Shown here piece by piece: positions 49,335-58,935 of a DNA stretch of 64,000 bases. The stretch spans positions 19,496-83,495 of the forward strand of contig CACIWE010000001.1 in the NCBI GenBank assembly GCA_902590285.1, given 5' to 3'. Source of the stretch: an uncultured Pelagibacteraceae bacterium (lineage in GTDB: Bacteria > Pseudomonadota > Alphaproteobacteria > Pelagibacterales > Pelagibacteraceae). How positions within the stretch are numbered: the first letter of the stretch is position 1; each line of letters starts with the position of its first letter. The position numbers were made by a program, and so were the translations under genes. The notes beneath the pieces are model-generated. The model made no database searches, was not told the DNA's origin, and saw nothing but the letters and a program-made list of their open reading frames with translations.

Positions 49335-50371
49335 TTCATTATAGATGAAGCAAAATTCCAGTTACAGTCAAAACTTGGGATGTAAGCACCTGATAATTTA
49401 ACATTTCCGAAGCTTTTAGACAAAACTTTGCACCAATTATCTACTTGTTTTGGTTTTTTATCATAGCTTCCAACTTGTGCAGTAATCACTCCACCACTTT
49501 TGAGAATTCTTTTTAAACCTTTCATATTCTTTCTAGCAAGATCAATACAATATTGATCATCATTTAAATCAACAAAAATTTTATCATATTTAGAGTCTTC
49601 TATTTCTTTTATACTTTTAAAAGCATCTCCCCAAAAAGTTTTAATTTTGTTACTTTTTTTTACTTTAGAACAAACTTTTGGTAGGTGGCGGTAACAAGCA
49701 TCAACTATCTCAGGATCAAGTTCAAACCAATCAATATAATTAGAATTGTTCTCCAAACAGGCTCTTGCAACGCCTCCGTCACCTCCTCCGATAATAGCAA
49801 CATTATTATTTTTCTTGCTTAGATCATAACTAGATTTAAAAAAGTTTGAACTATAAATTTTTTCATCTTTTTCTGCTACTTGAATTTCATGATCAATAAA
49901 CAAAGCATTTCCAAATTCTTCTAGGTCCATGATTTCTACGAATTGACCTACTTTAGAAGTGAATTTTTCTAAAACATCTTTAACTACATAAAATTTCTTT
50001 TGACCAGGACTACTATAAATATCATCGTATAGCCCAATACTACTTCTATCAAATGCGTTGGTTACTACTCTTTTATGTTCAATTTCATTTCGAAGAATTT
50101 TTAAAGCAACTTTAGGATTTACTTTACCGCAAGTAAAAAAATCAAAGCTGATAACACCTTTTTCAGGAAAAGTGTGAAAGCTGAAATGACTTTCTGAAAG
50201 AAGTGCTACTAATGTAAAACCTTGAGGTTCAAACTTGTGGGAGGCTACATTTAATATTTGAACTTTTGCAGCTTTTGCAATTTTGTAAATTACTTTTTCG
50301 TAAAATTCAGGTGAGTAGTCTTTTTTAACACCAAGAAAATCAATGGTAATGTGTTCACCAACTTTGATCAT
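49331..50371 (-). CDS. S-adenosylmethionine decarboxylase-aminopropyltransferase (SpeD-SpeE) fusion
   Basis: N-terminal FEPQG..LSESH..HTFPE..DFFTCG (pyruvoyl AdoMetDC); C-terminal IIGGGDGG, ELDPEIV and GDAF (spermidine synthase). Confidence 0.9.
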   Translation of the reverse strand: MIKVGEHITIDFLGVKKDYSPEFYEKVIYKIAKAAKVQILNVASHKFEPQGFTLVALLSESHFSFHTFPEKGVISFDFFTCGKVNPKVALKILRNEIEHKRVVTNAFDRSSIGLYDDIYSSPGQKKFYVVKDVLEKFTSKVGQFVEIMDLEEFGNALFIDHEIQVAEKDEKIYSSNFFKSSYDLSKKNNNVAIIGGGDGGVARACLENNSNYIDWFELDPEIVDACYRHLPKVCSKVKKSNKIKTFWGDAFKSIKEIEDSKYDKIFVDLNDDQYCIDLARKNMKGLKRILKSGGVITAQVGSYDKKPKQVDNWCKVLSKSFGNVKLSGAYIPSFDCNWNFASSIMK

Positions 50372-50377
50372 TAAAAA

Positions 50378-51022
50378 CTATCCTTTTTTATAATTTTTAA
50401 ATTTACCTAAGACTATTTTCATTTCTTTTTTTGAAAGAATCTTAGGTATTCCAATTCTTAGGGCATTTATATATTGATGGCAAATATTTTCAATCTCTTG
50501 AGCAAGCTCAAAAGTTTTTTTTAAATTTTCTCCAAACGCAACTTGTCCGTGATTAGCAATTAAACATGCTGATCTATTTTTTAAAGCTTTCATAATATTT
50601 CTAGAAAGATTTTTAGTTCCAAAAGTTGCGTATTTACTGCATTTAATATCCTCTCCTCCAGCTACTGCAACCATGTAGTGAAATGCAGGAATCGTTTTCT
50701 GATGAGTTGAAACTGCGGTTGCGCAAGTAGAATGTGCGTGAACAATTGCTTTGGCCTTTTTTTTATTCACATAGATATCATGATGAAATCTCCATTCTGA
50801 TGAGGGTTTGCCTTTCTTTTTATCATAAATACCTTTAAGCGAAACAAAAACAATATCTTTTGGTTTTAAAGAACCATATTCTCTTCCTGAGGGGGTTATG
50901 TAAAATCCATCAACTCCTTTTTCTCTGACTCTGACAGAGATATTTCCTGATCTTAAAGCAGATAAATTAGTTATATTTAATTTCTTAGAATATTTTATTA
51001 CTTCAGTTTTTAATTTAATCAC
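50378..51022 (-). CDS. Class II aldolase, FucA/Ald2-type (probable methylthio-/deoxy-ribulose-1-P aldolase)
   Basis: SGNIS, ITPSG, PSSEWRFH, VHAH, PAFHYMVAVAGG, YATFGT and NHG: closer to FucA than MtnB. Confidence 0.8.
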   Translation of the reverse strand: MIKLKTEVIKYSKKLNITNLSALRSGNISVRVREKGVDGFYITPSGREYGSLKPKDIVFVSLKGIYDKKKGKPSSEWRFHHDIYVNKKKAKAIVHAHSTCATAVSTHQKTIPAFHYMVAVAGGEDIKCSKYATFGTKNLSRNIMKALKNRSACLIANHGQVAFGENLKKTFELAQEIENICHQYINALRIGIPKILSKKEMKIVLGKFKNYKKG

Positions 51023-52089
51023 TTAAATAAACCTTTCAGTCCTTTTTCAGATGCTTCACAAACACCCTTCTCCGTTATGAAACCGGTAACTAGTTTAGCA
51101 GGTGTAATGTCAAAGGCTAAATTAAGTGACTTACTTTTTTGCGGATAAATTCTAACTTTTTTTATTTTGTTATTTTCATCAATTCCCTCTATATGAGATA
51201 ACTCTTCTGAATGTCTCTCTTCAATAGGAATTTTTTTATGATCTTTAATGCTCCAATCTATCGTTGAGCTTGGTAAAGCAACATAAAAAGGAACGTTGTT
51301 ATCTTTTGCAGATAATGCTTTTAAATAAGTTCCAATTTTATTACATACATCGCCATTAGATAAAGTTCTGTCAGTTCCGACAATACACATGTCAACTTGT
51401 CCTCTCTGCATTAAAATACCGCCTGCGTTGTCTGTGATTACTGTGTTCGAAATGCCTTCTTCATTTAATTCGTAAGAGGTTAAGTTTGCTCCTTGATTTC
51501 TTGGTCTAGTTTCATCAACCCAAACATGAACTTTTATTCCTTTTTGATGAGCATGATAAATTGGTGAGGTAGCAGTGCCCCAATCTATAGTTGCTAACCA
51601 CCCTGCATTACAATGAGTAAGTATATTTACTGTATCTTTTTTTTTATTTGAAATTTCTTCAATAATTTTTAAGCCATTTAAACCAATATTTTTACAAAAA
51701 CCCTCATCCTCCTCTTTAATAGCTTTTGCTTCTTCTAAAGCTATATTCAAAATATCTTTTTCATTAATTCCAGTTAATTTTTTCATCATTCTATCAACTG
51801 CCCACTTTAGATTAATTGCAGTGGGTCTAGAGGCAATTAATTCTTCGCTAGATTTATTTAAAAAAGATAAATCGCTATTCTCAATTATTGATAAAACTAA
51901 ACCATAGGCAGCTGTTGCGCCAATTAATGGAGCGCCTCTTACCTCCATTGTTTTGATAGCATTAATTGAATCTTTTACTGTTTTCAAATCTTTTATTGCA
52001 AACTGATGAGGAAGTTTAGTTTGATCTATTATTTTTACTAAATTATTTTCAAACCAAATTGTCTTGTACGACTTACCTTCTATTTTCAT
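51019..52089 (-). CDS. mtnA: Methylthioribose-1-phosphate isomerase
   Basis: VRGAPLIG, RPTAINL, THCNAG, DETRP and NKIGT motifs. Start MKIEGK at 52089 gives an ATGA overlap with the upstream gene. Confidence 0.95.
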   Translation of the reverse strand: MKIEGKSYKTIWFENNLVKIIDQTKLPHQFAIKDLKTVKDSINAIKTMEVRGAPLIGATAAYGLVLSIIENSDLSFLNKSSEELIASRPTAINLKWAVDRMMKKLTGINEKDILNIALEEAKAIKEEDEGFCKNIGLNGLKIIEEISNKKKDTVNILTHCNAGWLATIDWGTATSPIYHAHQKGIKVHVWVDETRPRNQGANLTSYELNEEGISNTVITDNAGGILMQRGQVDMCIVGTDRTLSNGDVCNKIGTYLKALSAKDNNVPFYVALPSSTIDWSIKDHKKIPIEERHSEELSHIEGIDENNKIKKVRIYPQKSKSLNLAFDITPAKLVTGFITEKGVCEASEKGLKGLFK

Positions 52090-52532
52090 TTTCTTTTTTC
52101 CATTTTTTTTAACCTTTTTCTCAATCTTGGTGTTAATGAATTGAACCATTTTTTTTCCTGTCCTGAGTTAGGTAGTACTTCTCCATACTCAATCATTTGA
52201 TCCGGTAACAAATCCTCTAAATACACCCAGACAAAGTCCTTTTTTAAATTAGTATTTTTAATCAAAATTTTTCTTAGACTTAGGATTAATTTTTTTTTAA
52301 CTTTAGAGCTGCGTCCAGACCTTATTTGCCCGTTTAAAAAAATTTCTTTAGTCTTTACTAATTTACCTGCCATGAAATGGGAATTTTTTTCATTTTTTTG
52401 AAATATTACTTGAGCAAAAAAAGTATTTGCACCTGTAAATTTACTATGTGTATCTGAAATATCATTTGCTAATGAATTTTTTTGCTTTTGAGAAAGATTA
52501 AAATTTGAATATTTAACAGTATATGTTGGCAT
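52086..52532 (-). CDS. Tautomerase superfamily, cis-CaaD/Cg10062-like hydratase/dehalogenase
   Basis: ATG 52532 gives an N-terminal Pro. P1, H28, R70, R73, Y103 and E114 fall at cis-CaaD numbering; AQV.FQ and WVY..QMIEYG..LP..G.E..WF motifs. Confidence 0.85.
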   Translation of the reverse strand: MPTYTVKYSNFNLSQKQKNSLANDISDTHSKFTGANTFFAQVIFQKNEKNSHFMAGKLVKTKEIFLNGQIRSGRSSKVKKKLILSLRKILIKNTNLKKDFVWVYLEDLLPDQMIEYGEVLPNSGQEKKWFNSLTPRLRKRLKKMEKRK

Positions 52533-52536
52533 CAAA

Positions 52537-53418
52537 TTATTTTTTTTTATTTAAAACTCTTCCAGCAATATTCTTTAATTTCTGTATTGTTTTTTTTGTT
52601 CTTGATTTCGGATCTGTAATAATTGCAACATCTAAACAATTATTAGCTGGGTCTTTGTCTATAGAAAAATCATTAAAAGTTTTAATTACCTCTTTAATCA
52701 TATTTTGTGCGTTAAAGGCATTCTCCATTAAAGTTTGTATTACCATATTTACATCAACCTCATCATGATTAGGATGCCAGCAATCATAGTCGGTGACCAT
52801 TGCTACAGTGCAATATCTAATCTCTGCTTCTCTAGCTAATTTTGCTTCTGGCATGTTTGTCATACCAATAACATCAGCTCCCCAAGTTCTGTAAAGATTT
52901 GACTCTGCTAAAGTTGAAAATTGAGGCCCTTCCATTACAACATAGGTTCCGCCTTTTTGATTTTTAATATTAAGTTTTTTAAGAGCTGTCTCACAACAAT
53001 CTGCTAGACCGGAACTCGTTGGTTTTGCCATTGATACATGTGCAACTATTTCATCATCGAAAAAGGTTTTTATCCTTGAAAAAGTTCTATCTATAAATTG
53101 ATCAATTATTACAAATTTTCCTGGTTCTAAATTTTCTTTAAGAGAACCCACTGCAGAAACAGAAATTAAGTCTGTTACTCCTAATTGTTTCATAGCATCA
53201 ATGTTTGCCCTAAAATTTATATTAGTTGGATTTATTTTGTGTCCTCTAGAATGTCTTGGAATAAAACATATTTCCTCTTTTCCTAATTTTGCAATTAAAA
53301 TTTCATCAGAAGGTAAGCCCCATGGTGTTTTGATTTTTTTCCATTTTGTCTTTTCAAAACCCTCCATTTTATAAAGACCGCTACCACCAATTATCCCAAG
53401 CTTTCTTTTTTTCATCAT
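52537..53418 (-). CDS. mtnP: 5'-methylthioadenosine phosphorylase
   Basis: GIIGGSG, PRH, SAVGSL, MEGPQFST.AES, GMT..PEAKLARE and VTDYDCW motifs. Confidence 0.95.
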   Translation of the reverse strand: MMKKRKLGIIGGSGLYKMEGFEKTKWKKIKTPWGLPSDEILIAKLGKEEICFIPRHSRGHKINPTNINFRANIDAMKQLGVTDLISVSAVGSLKENLEPGKFVIIDQFIDRTFSRIKTFFDDEIVAHVSMAKPTSSGLADCCETALKKLNIKNQKGGTYVVMEGPQFSTLAESNLYRTWGADVIGMTNMPEAKLAREAEIRYCTVAMVTDYDCWHPNHDEVDVNMVIQTLMENAFNAQNMIKEVIKTFNDFSIDKDPANNCLDVAIITDPKSRTKKTIQKLKNIAGRVLNKKK

Positions 53419-53458
53419 TTAATTATTAATCCTTTTTTGTTAAAACGTGAAGTTAATT

Positions 53459-53986
53459 ATGGACCTTAAAAAATATATAAGATCTATTCCAGATTATCCT
53501 AAAAAAGGAATATTATTTAGAGATATCACAACCTTAATCAAAAATGCAGAAGCCTTCAAATTCACTAATGATAAAATAATTGAATTAGCAAAAAAAATAG
53601 ATTTCGATAAAGTTGCAGCAATAGAATCGAGGGGTTTTGTCTTTGCATCTACAGTATCTTATCAACTAAAAAAGCCTTTTATTTTATTAAGAAAAAAAAA
53701 TAAACTACCTGCAGAAGTTCACTCGATTGATTTCGAACTTGAATATGGAAAGGCAACAATAGAAGTTCATAAAGATTCTATACAAAAGGGAGAAAAAATA
53801 CTAATTATTGATGACTTAATAGCTACAGGTGGGACGGCTGAAGCTGCAGCAAAGTTGATTGAGATATCAGGCGGAGAGGTAGCAGGATTTATATTTGTAA
53901 TAAATCTTTTTGATTTACCTGGAAATGACTTATTAAAAGAAAAAGGTTATAAAACTGAGAGCTTAATAGAATTCCCTGGTCACTAA
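53459..53986 (+). CDS. apt: Adenine phosphoribosyltransferase
   Basis: IPDYPKKGILFRDIT, LEYG and IDDLIATGGT motifs. ATG 53459 likely (alternative GTG 53447). Confidence 0.95.
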   Translation: MDLKKYIRSIPDYPKKGILFRDITTLIKNAEAFKFTNDKIIELAKKIDFDKVAAIESRGFVFASTVSYQLKKPFILLRKKNKLPAEVHSIDFELEYGKATIEVHKDSIQKGEKILIIDDLIATGGTAEAAAKLIEISGGEVAGFIFVINLFDLPGNDLLKEKGYKTESLIEFPGH

Positions 53987-54870
53987 TTATTTTTTTCAGT
54001 AAAGTCTTGAATATATTGTCTTAAATTTATCTTACCAAAATACTTATAAATTTTATTAGATAAATTTCTGTTTGAAAGAGCTGAAGCGTACCTTTCACCA
54101 GGTCTTCTAGGTAAAAATTTAATTTTTGATTTAAACATTTTTGCTACTTGTATAATTGAGTAAGATTTATGATTTGAAATACTGTAATGCCTACAACGAT
54201 TTTTTTTCCACGCCAAAAAACATATATTAATGGTATCTTCAATGTGCGTAAATCTTCTGGACTGAGTTCCTGGTTTAACTACAGGTAGTTTTTTCCCTTT
54301 TTTATAGTGGTCTTCAAAAATACCAATCACAGTAGACATTTCTCCTTTACAAATTTGGTGAGGACCATAAACATTATAAAAATAAATTACCTCGTATTTA
54401 AATTTAAACCATTTTTTTAAATTTTCTAATAATTCTAAATTTTTTGATTTTGAAAATGCATATGGAGATAAATTTTTATCGTTACCATAATTACCTAATG
54501 ATGCTGAAGTTGCCGAGTAAATAAGTTTAATCTTATTTTTTAAACAAAAATTAAACACAGCGTTAGAGCCAACAGAATTTGAGTCAATACATTGATTCAT
54601 TTTTAAAAAGCTTTGATAAATTCTTGCGAATTCACCAAAATGAAAAACTGATTTAATTTCTTTTGGATTTTTTATTATTTGAGAAATATTAACTGTTTTA
54701 TTTTTTAAATATTTAACCCTAGAATTTTTAATATGATTAGATTTTGAACCTGATGAATAATCATCAATACTAATTATTTTTAAGCTTGTCTTCTTCAAAA
54801 GAAATTTAATTAAGTTAGTGCCTACAAACCCTGCTCCTCCTGTGACAATAATTTTATTTTTTATCGGCAT
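53983..54870 (-). CDS. NAD-dependent epimerase/dehydratase
   Basis: TGGAGFVG, SPYAFSK (YxxxK) and YNVYGP motifs. Confidence 0.88.
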   Translation of the reverse strand: MPIKNKIIVTGGAGFVGTNLIKFLLKKTSLKIISIDDYSSGSKSNHIKNSRVKYLKNKTVNISQIIKNPKEIKSVFHFGEFARIYQSFLKMNQCIDSNSVGSNAVFNFCLKNKIKLIYSATSASLGNYGNDKNLSPYAFSKSKNLELLENLKKWFKFKYEVIYFYNVYGPHQICKGEMSTVIGIFEDHYKKGKKLPVVKPGTQSRRFTHIEDTINICFLAWKKNRCRHYSISNHKSYSIIQVAKMFKSKIKFLPRRPGERYASALSNRNLSNKIYKYFGKINLRQYIQDFTEKNN

Positions 54871-54902
54871 TTTTATTTTTTTATATTTTTAAATTAAATA
54901 AA

Positions 54903-55742
54903 TCAATCTATTGCTGGTCTGTACCAAGATTTTTTACCAATCATTGAATTAAAAATTCCACTTAATCTACAAAAATAAATATCTCTTTTTTTGGTGTCAA
55001 AAATTAATTGATAAAATAAAGTTTTAATTGCCGCAGAAAACAATTTTGGAGATATTTGTAATAAAGCAAATAGAAAACCATAATATTTTTTATGGAAGTA
55101 AAATGTTGACCACATCCAATGCCAATTCCGATTTTTTTCTAGTTCAAGAGCATTTTTTTTACTAACAGAACTTGCTCCTTCATGCTTAATAATTATAGAA
55201 TTATCTAAATAAATTTTTCCACTCTTATTTTTAACTCTCTTACAAAGATCGATCTCTTCAAAATAAAGAAAAAAATTCTCATCAAAATATTCATTATCAT
55301 TATTGAATTTATGGATATTAAAAAAAATTGCAAAACCTTTAATATTTTCTACCTCTTTTAGATTAGTAGATTTAAAATTTATATCTGTTTTTTGATTATT
55401 TGCAGGACCAATTAACCAAAAATCTTTAATATTATTTGCTGAAATATAAAAGTTTTTAATTGTATTTTTTTCTAACCTTGTATCAGGATTTAAAACGAGT
55501 GCGTATTTTGTCTTAACGAGTTTTAATCCAATATTATTTGCAATCGAGTAACCATTATTCTTGCCAGTTAAAATACACTTTACATTTTTAAAAGTGGATT
55601 CAATTTTTTTTTTAAAATTTTCGTTATTTGAGTTTTCTACAATAATTACTGGAATTTCATTGGAAATTGAATTTAAACAATTGTATATTTTTTCTTCACT
55701 TTTAAATGTTACTATTACAATTGTAAGTTCTTTGAATTCCAT
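54903..55742 (-). CDS. Glycosyltransferase family 2 (rhamnosyltransferase-like)
   Basis: IVIVTF, VENS, NNIG, LNPD and FDENFFLYFEEIDLC motifs. Confidence 0.85.
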   Translation of the reverse strand: MEFKELTIVIVTFKSEEKIYNCLNSISNEIPVIIVENSNNENFKKKIESTFKNVKCILTGKNNGYSIANNIGLKLVKTKYALVLNPDTRLEKNTIKNFYISANNIKDFWLIGPANNQKTDINFKSTNLKEVENIKGFAIFFNIHKFNNDNEYFDENFFLYFEEIDLCKRVKNKSGKIYLDNSIIIKHEGASSVSKKNALELEKNRNWHWMWSTFYFHKKYYGFLFALLQISPKLFSAAIKTLFYQLIFDTKKRDIYFCRLSGIFNSMIGKKSWYRPAID

Positions 55743-55821
55743 CAGAATATAATAATATTTGATTTTAAACGATAATTCTTTTACTAATTTAACACATTGA
55801 GCTAAAAAACTCTTAATTTAA

Positions 55822-56847
55822 ATGAAAAAAATCATCGTTACAGGTGGATCGGGCTTTATTGGTAACAACTTAGTTGATTTCTTAATAAGAAAAAATTTTT
55901 TTGTGATTAATTTAGATAAATTCACATATGCTTCTTATAATCCCAAAACTTCTATTAGAAATAAAAAAAATTATAAGCTTATCAAAACTGACATTAATAA
56001 TAAAAATTTAATTCTTAAAATTTTAAAAAGATATAGACCGAGAGCTGTTTTTAATTTAGCAGCTGAAACGCATGTAGATAGGTCTATTGATGGTCCAAAG
56101 AACTTCATTCATACAAATATAAATGGCACATTTAACCTTTTAGAAACTTTAAGAATTTTAAGGAAAAAAAAAATTAATCCTAAGTTGATTCATATATCTA
56201 CAGATGAAGTTTACGGTGATATTAAAAAAAGTGAAAGATCAAATGAAAATCAAAAATATAAACCAAGCTCTCCATACTCTGCTTCTAAAGCAGGTGCAGA
56301 TCACTTGGTAAAATCTTATATCAGAACATACAAAATAAATGCTGTAATATCTAATTGTTGTAATAATTTTGGCCCTTATCAATTTCCTGAAAAATTAATT
56401 CCGAAAATTATATCTAATATCTTCAAGAATAAGTCGCTTCCTATTTATGCAAAAGGTAAAAATTCAAGGGAATGGATATACGTTGATGATCATTGCGAAG
56501 CCTTATTCAGGCTATATTTAAAAGGTAAGAATGGTGAAAGTTATAATGTAGGCTCTGGAATAAATTTACAAAATATAGATTTAGTTAAAAAAATAATCAA
56601 AATTTTTAAAACTATGAACATTAAAATTGGAAATAAAAGTAAAATTAAATTTGTTAAAGATAGACCAGGGCATGACTTTAGGTACGCTCTCAATAGTAAT
56701 AAAATTTTGAGAGAATTAAAATGGAAACCAAAAGTAAAATTTGATGAAGGTTTAAAAAAAACAGTTATTTGGTATTTAAATAATAAAAATTTTTTAAATA
56801 GAATAAAAAATAAAAACTATGAAAAAAGATTAGGTTTAAAATTATGA
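55822..56847 (+). CDS. rfbB: dTDP-glucose 4,6-dehydratase
   Basis: AAETHVDRSI, STDEVYG, SPYSASK and DRPGHD motifs. Confidence 0.95.
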   Translation: MKKIIVTGGSGFIGNNLVDFLIRKNFFVINLDKFTYASYNPKTSIRNKKNYKLIKTDINNKNLILKILKRYRPRAVFNLAAETHVDRSIDGPKNFIHTNINGTFNLLETLRILRKKKINPKLIHISTDEVYGDIKKSERSNENQKYKPSSPYSASKAGADHLVKSYIRTYKINAVISNCCNNFGPYQFPEKLIPKIISNIFKNKSLPIYAKGKNSREWIYVDDHCEALFRLYLKGKNGESYNVGSGINLQNIDLVKKIIKIFKTMNIKIGNKSKIKFVKDRPGHDFRYALNSNKILRELKWKPKVKFDEGLKKTVIWYLNNKNFLNRIKNKNYEKRLGLKL

Positions 56848-57713
56848 TAAAAAAAGCGATAATATTAGCAGGTGGATTAGGAACAAGAATGAGTCCGCTA
56901 ACAAAAGCAGTAAATAAACAGCTCTTGCCCTTATACGATAAACCTTTGTTATTTTATCCTTTGTCAGTTTTAATGTTAGCGGGTATAAAAAAAATTCTAA
57001 TAATTGTTAATAAAGGCCAACTCTCTCAATTTAAAAAAATTTTACCTGAGAAAAATAATCTTGGTATTTCAATAGAATATAAAGAGCAATTAAGTCCAAG
57101 AGGTCTTCCGGAGGCATTTATAATTGGTGAAAAATTTATTGGCAAAGATAATGTATCTTTAATCCTTGGAGATAACTTTTTTTATGGGCAAAGTTTAACT
57201 AAGATCTTAAAAAACTGTACTAAATTAATTACCGGTTCAAAAATCTTAATTCACCCAGTAAAAAATCCCCAGCTTTATGGTGTAGCAACTTTGAATAATA
57301 AAAAAAAAGTGGTCAAACTTGCGGAAAAACCAAAGAGATCAAAATCTAGTTATGCTGTCACTGGTATGTATTTTTTCGATAATGAAGTTGTAAAATTTTC
57401 AAAAAAACTAAAACCTTCAAAAAGAGGAGAATTAGAAATTATTGATTTGCTAAATATTTATAAAAACAAAAATAAGTTAAAAGCAGAATTTATAGGAAGA
57501 GGTGGTACATGGTTGGATACCGGCAATGTTAGTGACTTTTACGATGCTGCTAATTTTATTTCCACGATTGAAAATAGACAGGGTTTAAAAATTGCTTGTC
57601 TTGAGGAAATTTCACTCAATAATGGCTGGATAGGCAAAAGTCAGATTTATAATGCTATAAATTTTTATGGAAAATGTGATTATTCAAAATATCTTAAATC
57701 TTTAATTAGCTAA
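56844..57713 (+). CDS. rfbA: Glucose-1-phosphate thymidylyltransferase
   Basis: ILAGGLGTR, KQLLPLYDKP, LGDNFFYG, SKRGELEI and WLDTG motifs. Confidence 0.95.
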   Translation: MIKKAIILAGGLGTRMSPLTKAVNKQLLPLYDKPLLFYPLSVLMLAGIKKILIIVNKGQLSQFKKILPEKNNLGISIEYKEQLSPRGLPEAFIIGEKFIGKDNVSLILGDNFFYGQSLTKILKNCTKLITGSKILIHPVKNPQLYGVATLNNKKKVVKLAEKPKRSKSSYAVTGMYFFDNEVVKFSKKLKPSKRGELEIIDLLNIYKNKNKLKAEFIGRGGTWLDTGNVSDFYDAANFISTIENRQGLKIACLEEISLNNGWIGKSQIYNAINFYGKCDYSKYLKSLIS

Positions 57714-58405
57714 TGAGTAAAATAATCGTTACAGGTGCAGATGGAAGATTTGGAAGAATTCTTCAAAAATTAAATACAAAATTTTTATACAAAAATAAAA
57801 GACAACTTAATATTTTATCAGAAAGGTCTATAAAAAATAATTTAACAAAACATAAACCAACTCATATACTTCATTTGGCTGGGTTATCTAGGCCGATGAA
57901 TATTCATGAAAAAGAGATAAATAAAAGCATTGATTTAAACATTATCGGTACTTGTAATTTAGTAAAAGAGGCTTTCAAGCGAAGAATTAAATTTATTTAT
58001 CTATCAACTAGCTATGTCTACCCTGGGACCAAAGGGAATTACGATGAAAATGATTCTTTAAAACCTTGGAACAACTATTCTTGGTCTAAATTAGGTGGTG
58101 AGTGCGCAGTTCAAATGTATAAAAATTCACTCATTATCAGATTGTGTATGACTGAAAGACCATTTGTTCATGGTAAAGCGTACGCTAATGTAATGTCAAA
58201 TTTTATATATCAAGAGGATGCAGCAAAAATAATTCTTAAAATTTTAAATAAAAAAGGAATTATTAATGTAGGTGGTCCTAGTCAAAGTATTTATAACTTC
58301 GCTAGAAATAGTAACAAATTTGTTAAGAAAATTTTATCAAAAGGTGAATTTCCTAAAAGAACTGATATGAATTTAAAAAAATTGAGAAAAATTATTAAAT
58401 CATGA
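57713..58405 (+). CDS. Short RmlD-like sugar-nucleotide reductase
   Basis: TGADGRFG, HLAG, STSYVY and YSWSK motifs; position within the rml operon. Confidence 0.7.
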   Translation: MSKIIVTGADGRFGRILQKLNTKFLYKNKRQLNILSERSIKNNLTKHKPTHILHLAGLSRPMNIHEKEINKSIDLNIIGTCNLVKEAFKRRIKFIYLSTSYVYPGTKGNYDENDSLKPWNNYSWSKLGGECAVQMYKNSLIIRLCMTERPFVHGKAYANVMSNFIYQEDAAKIILKILNKKGIINVGGPSQSIYNFARNSNKFVKKILSKGEFPKRTDMNLKKLRKIIKS

Positions 58406-58935
58406 TTGTAAAGAAAACAAAATTTAAAGACTTATTAATAATTAAACAAAAAAATAATTTCGATAAGCGTGGTATTCTTAGAGAAACTTTTCATAATAAA
58501 ATTTTAAAAAAAAAATTTATATTTGAATATTGCACCTCTTCTAAAAAGGGTGTTTTAAGAGGCTTTCATTTACAAGTAAAAAATCAACAATCAAAATATG
58601 TAAGTGTGCTTAAAGGAAGAATACTTGATGTTGTTGTTGACTTAAGAAAAAGATCCAAAACATTTAGAAAAACTTTTAAGATTATTTTATCTAGCAAAAA
58701 CGCATTAAGTCTTTATATACCTAAAGGTTTTGCGCATGCTTATTATAGTTTAGATAAGGAAAATATTATCTATTATAAACTAGATAACTATTACTCTCCG
58801 AATTATGAAAATGGAATAATTTATAATGATAAAAATTTAAAAATAAATTGGGGAAGAAAAAAAATAATCCTCTCTAAAAAAGATAAAAAATTAAACTCAC
58901 TTAATGACTTTGTAAAGAAATTTAAAGGTTTTTAA
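58402..58935 (+). CDS. rfbC: dTDP-4-dehydrorhamnose 3,5-epimerase
   Basis: DKRG, VLRGFH, DVVVDLR and PKGFAH motifs. Confidence 0.93.
   Translation: MIVKKTKFKDLLIIKQKNNFDKRGILRETFHNKILKKKFIFEYCTSSKKGVLRGFHLQVKNQQSKYVSVLKGRILDVVVDLRKRSKTFRKTFKIILSSKNALSLYIPKGFAHAYYSLDKENIIYYKLDNYYSPNYENGIIYNDKNLKINWGRKKIILSKKDKKLNSLNDFVKKFKGF

Noticed and set aside
52090-52149. Lys-rich N-terminal extension of MtnA in the ORF track
   Set aside because: It overlaps the tautomerase 3' end; the ATGA overlap at 52086-52089 gives the more plausible start.
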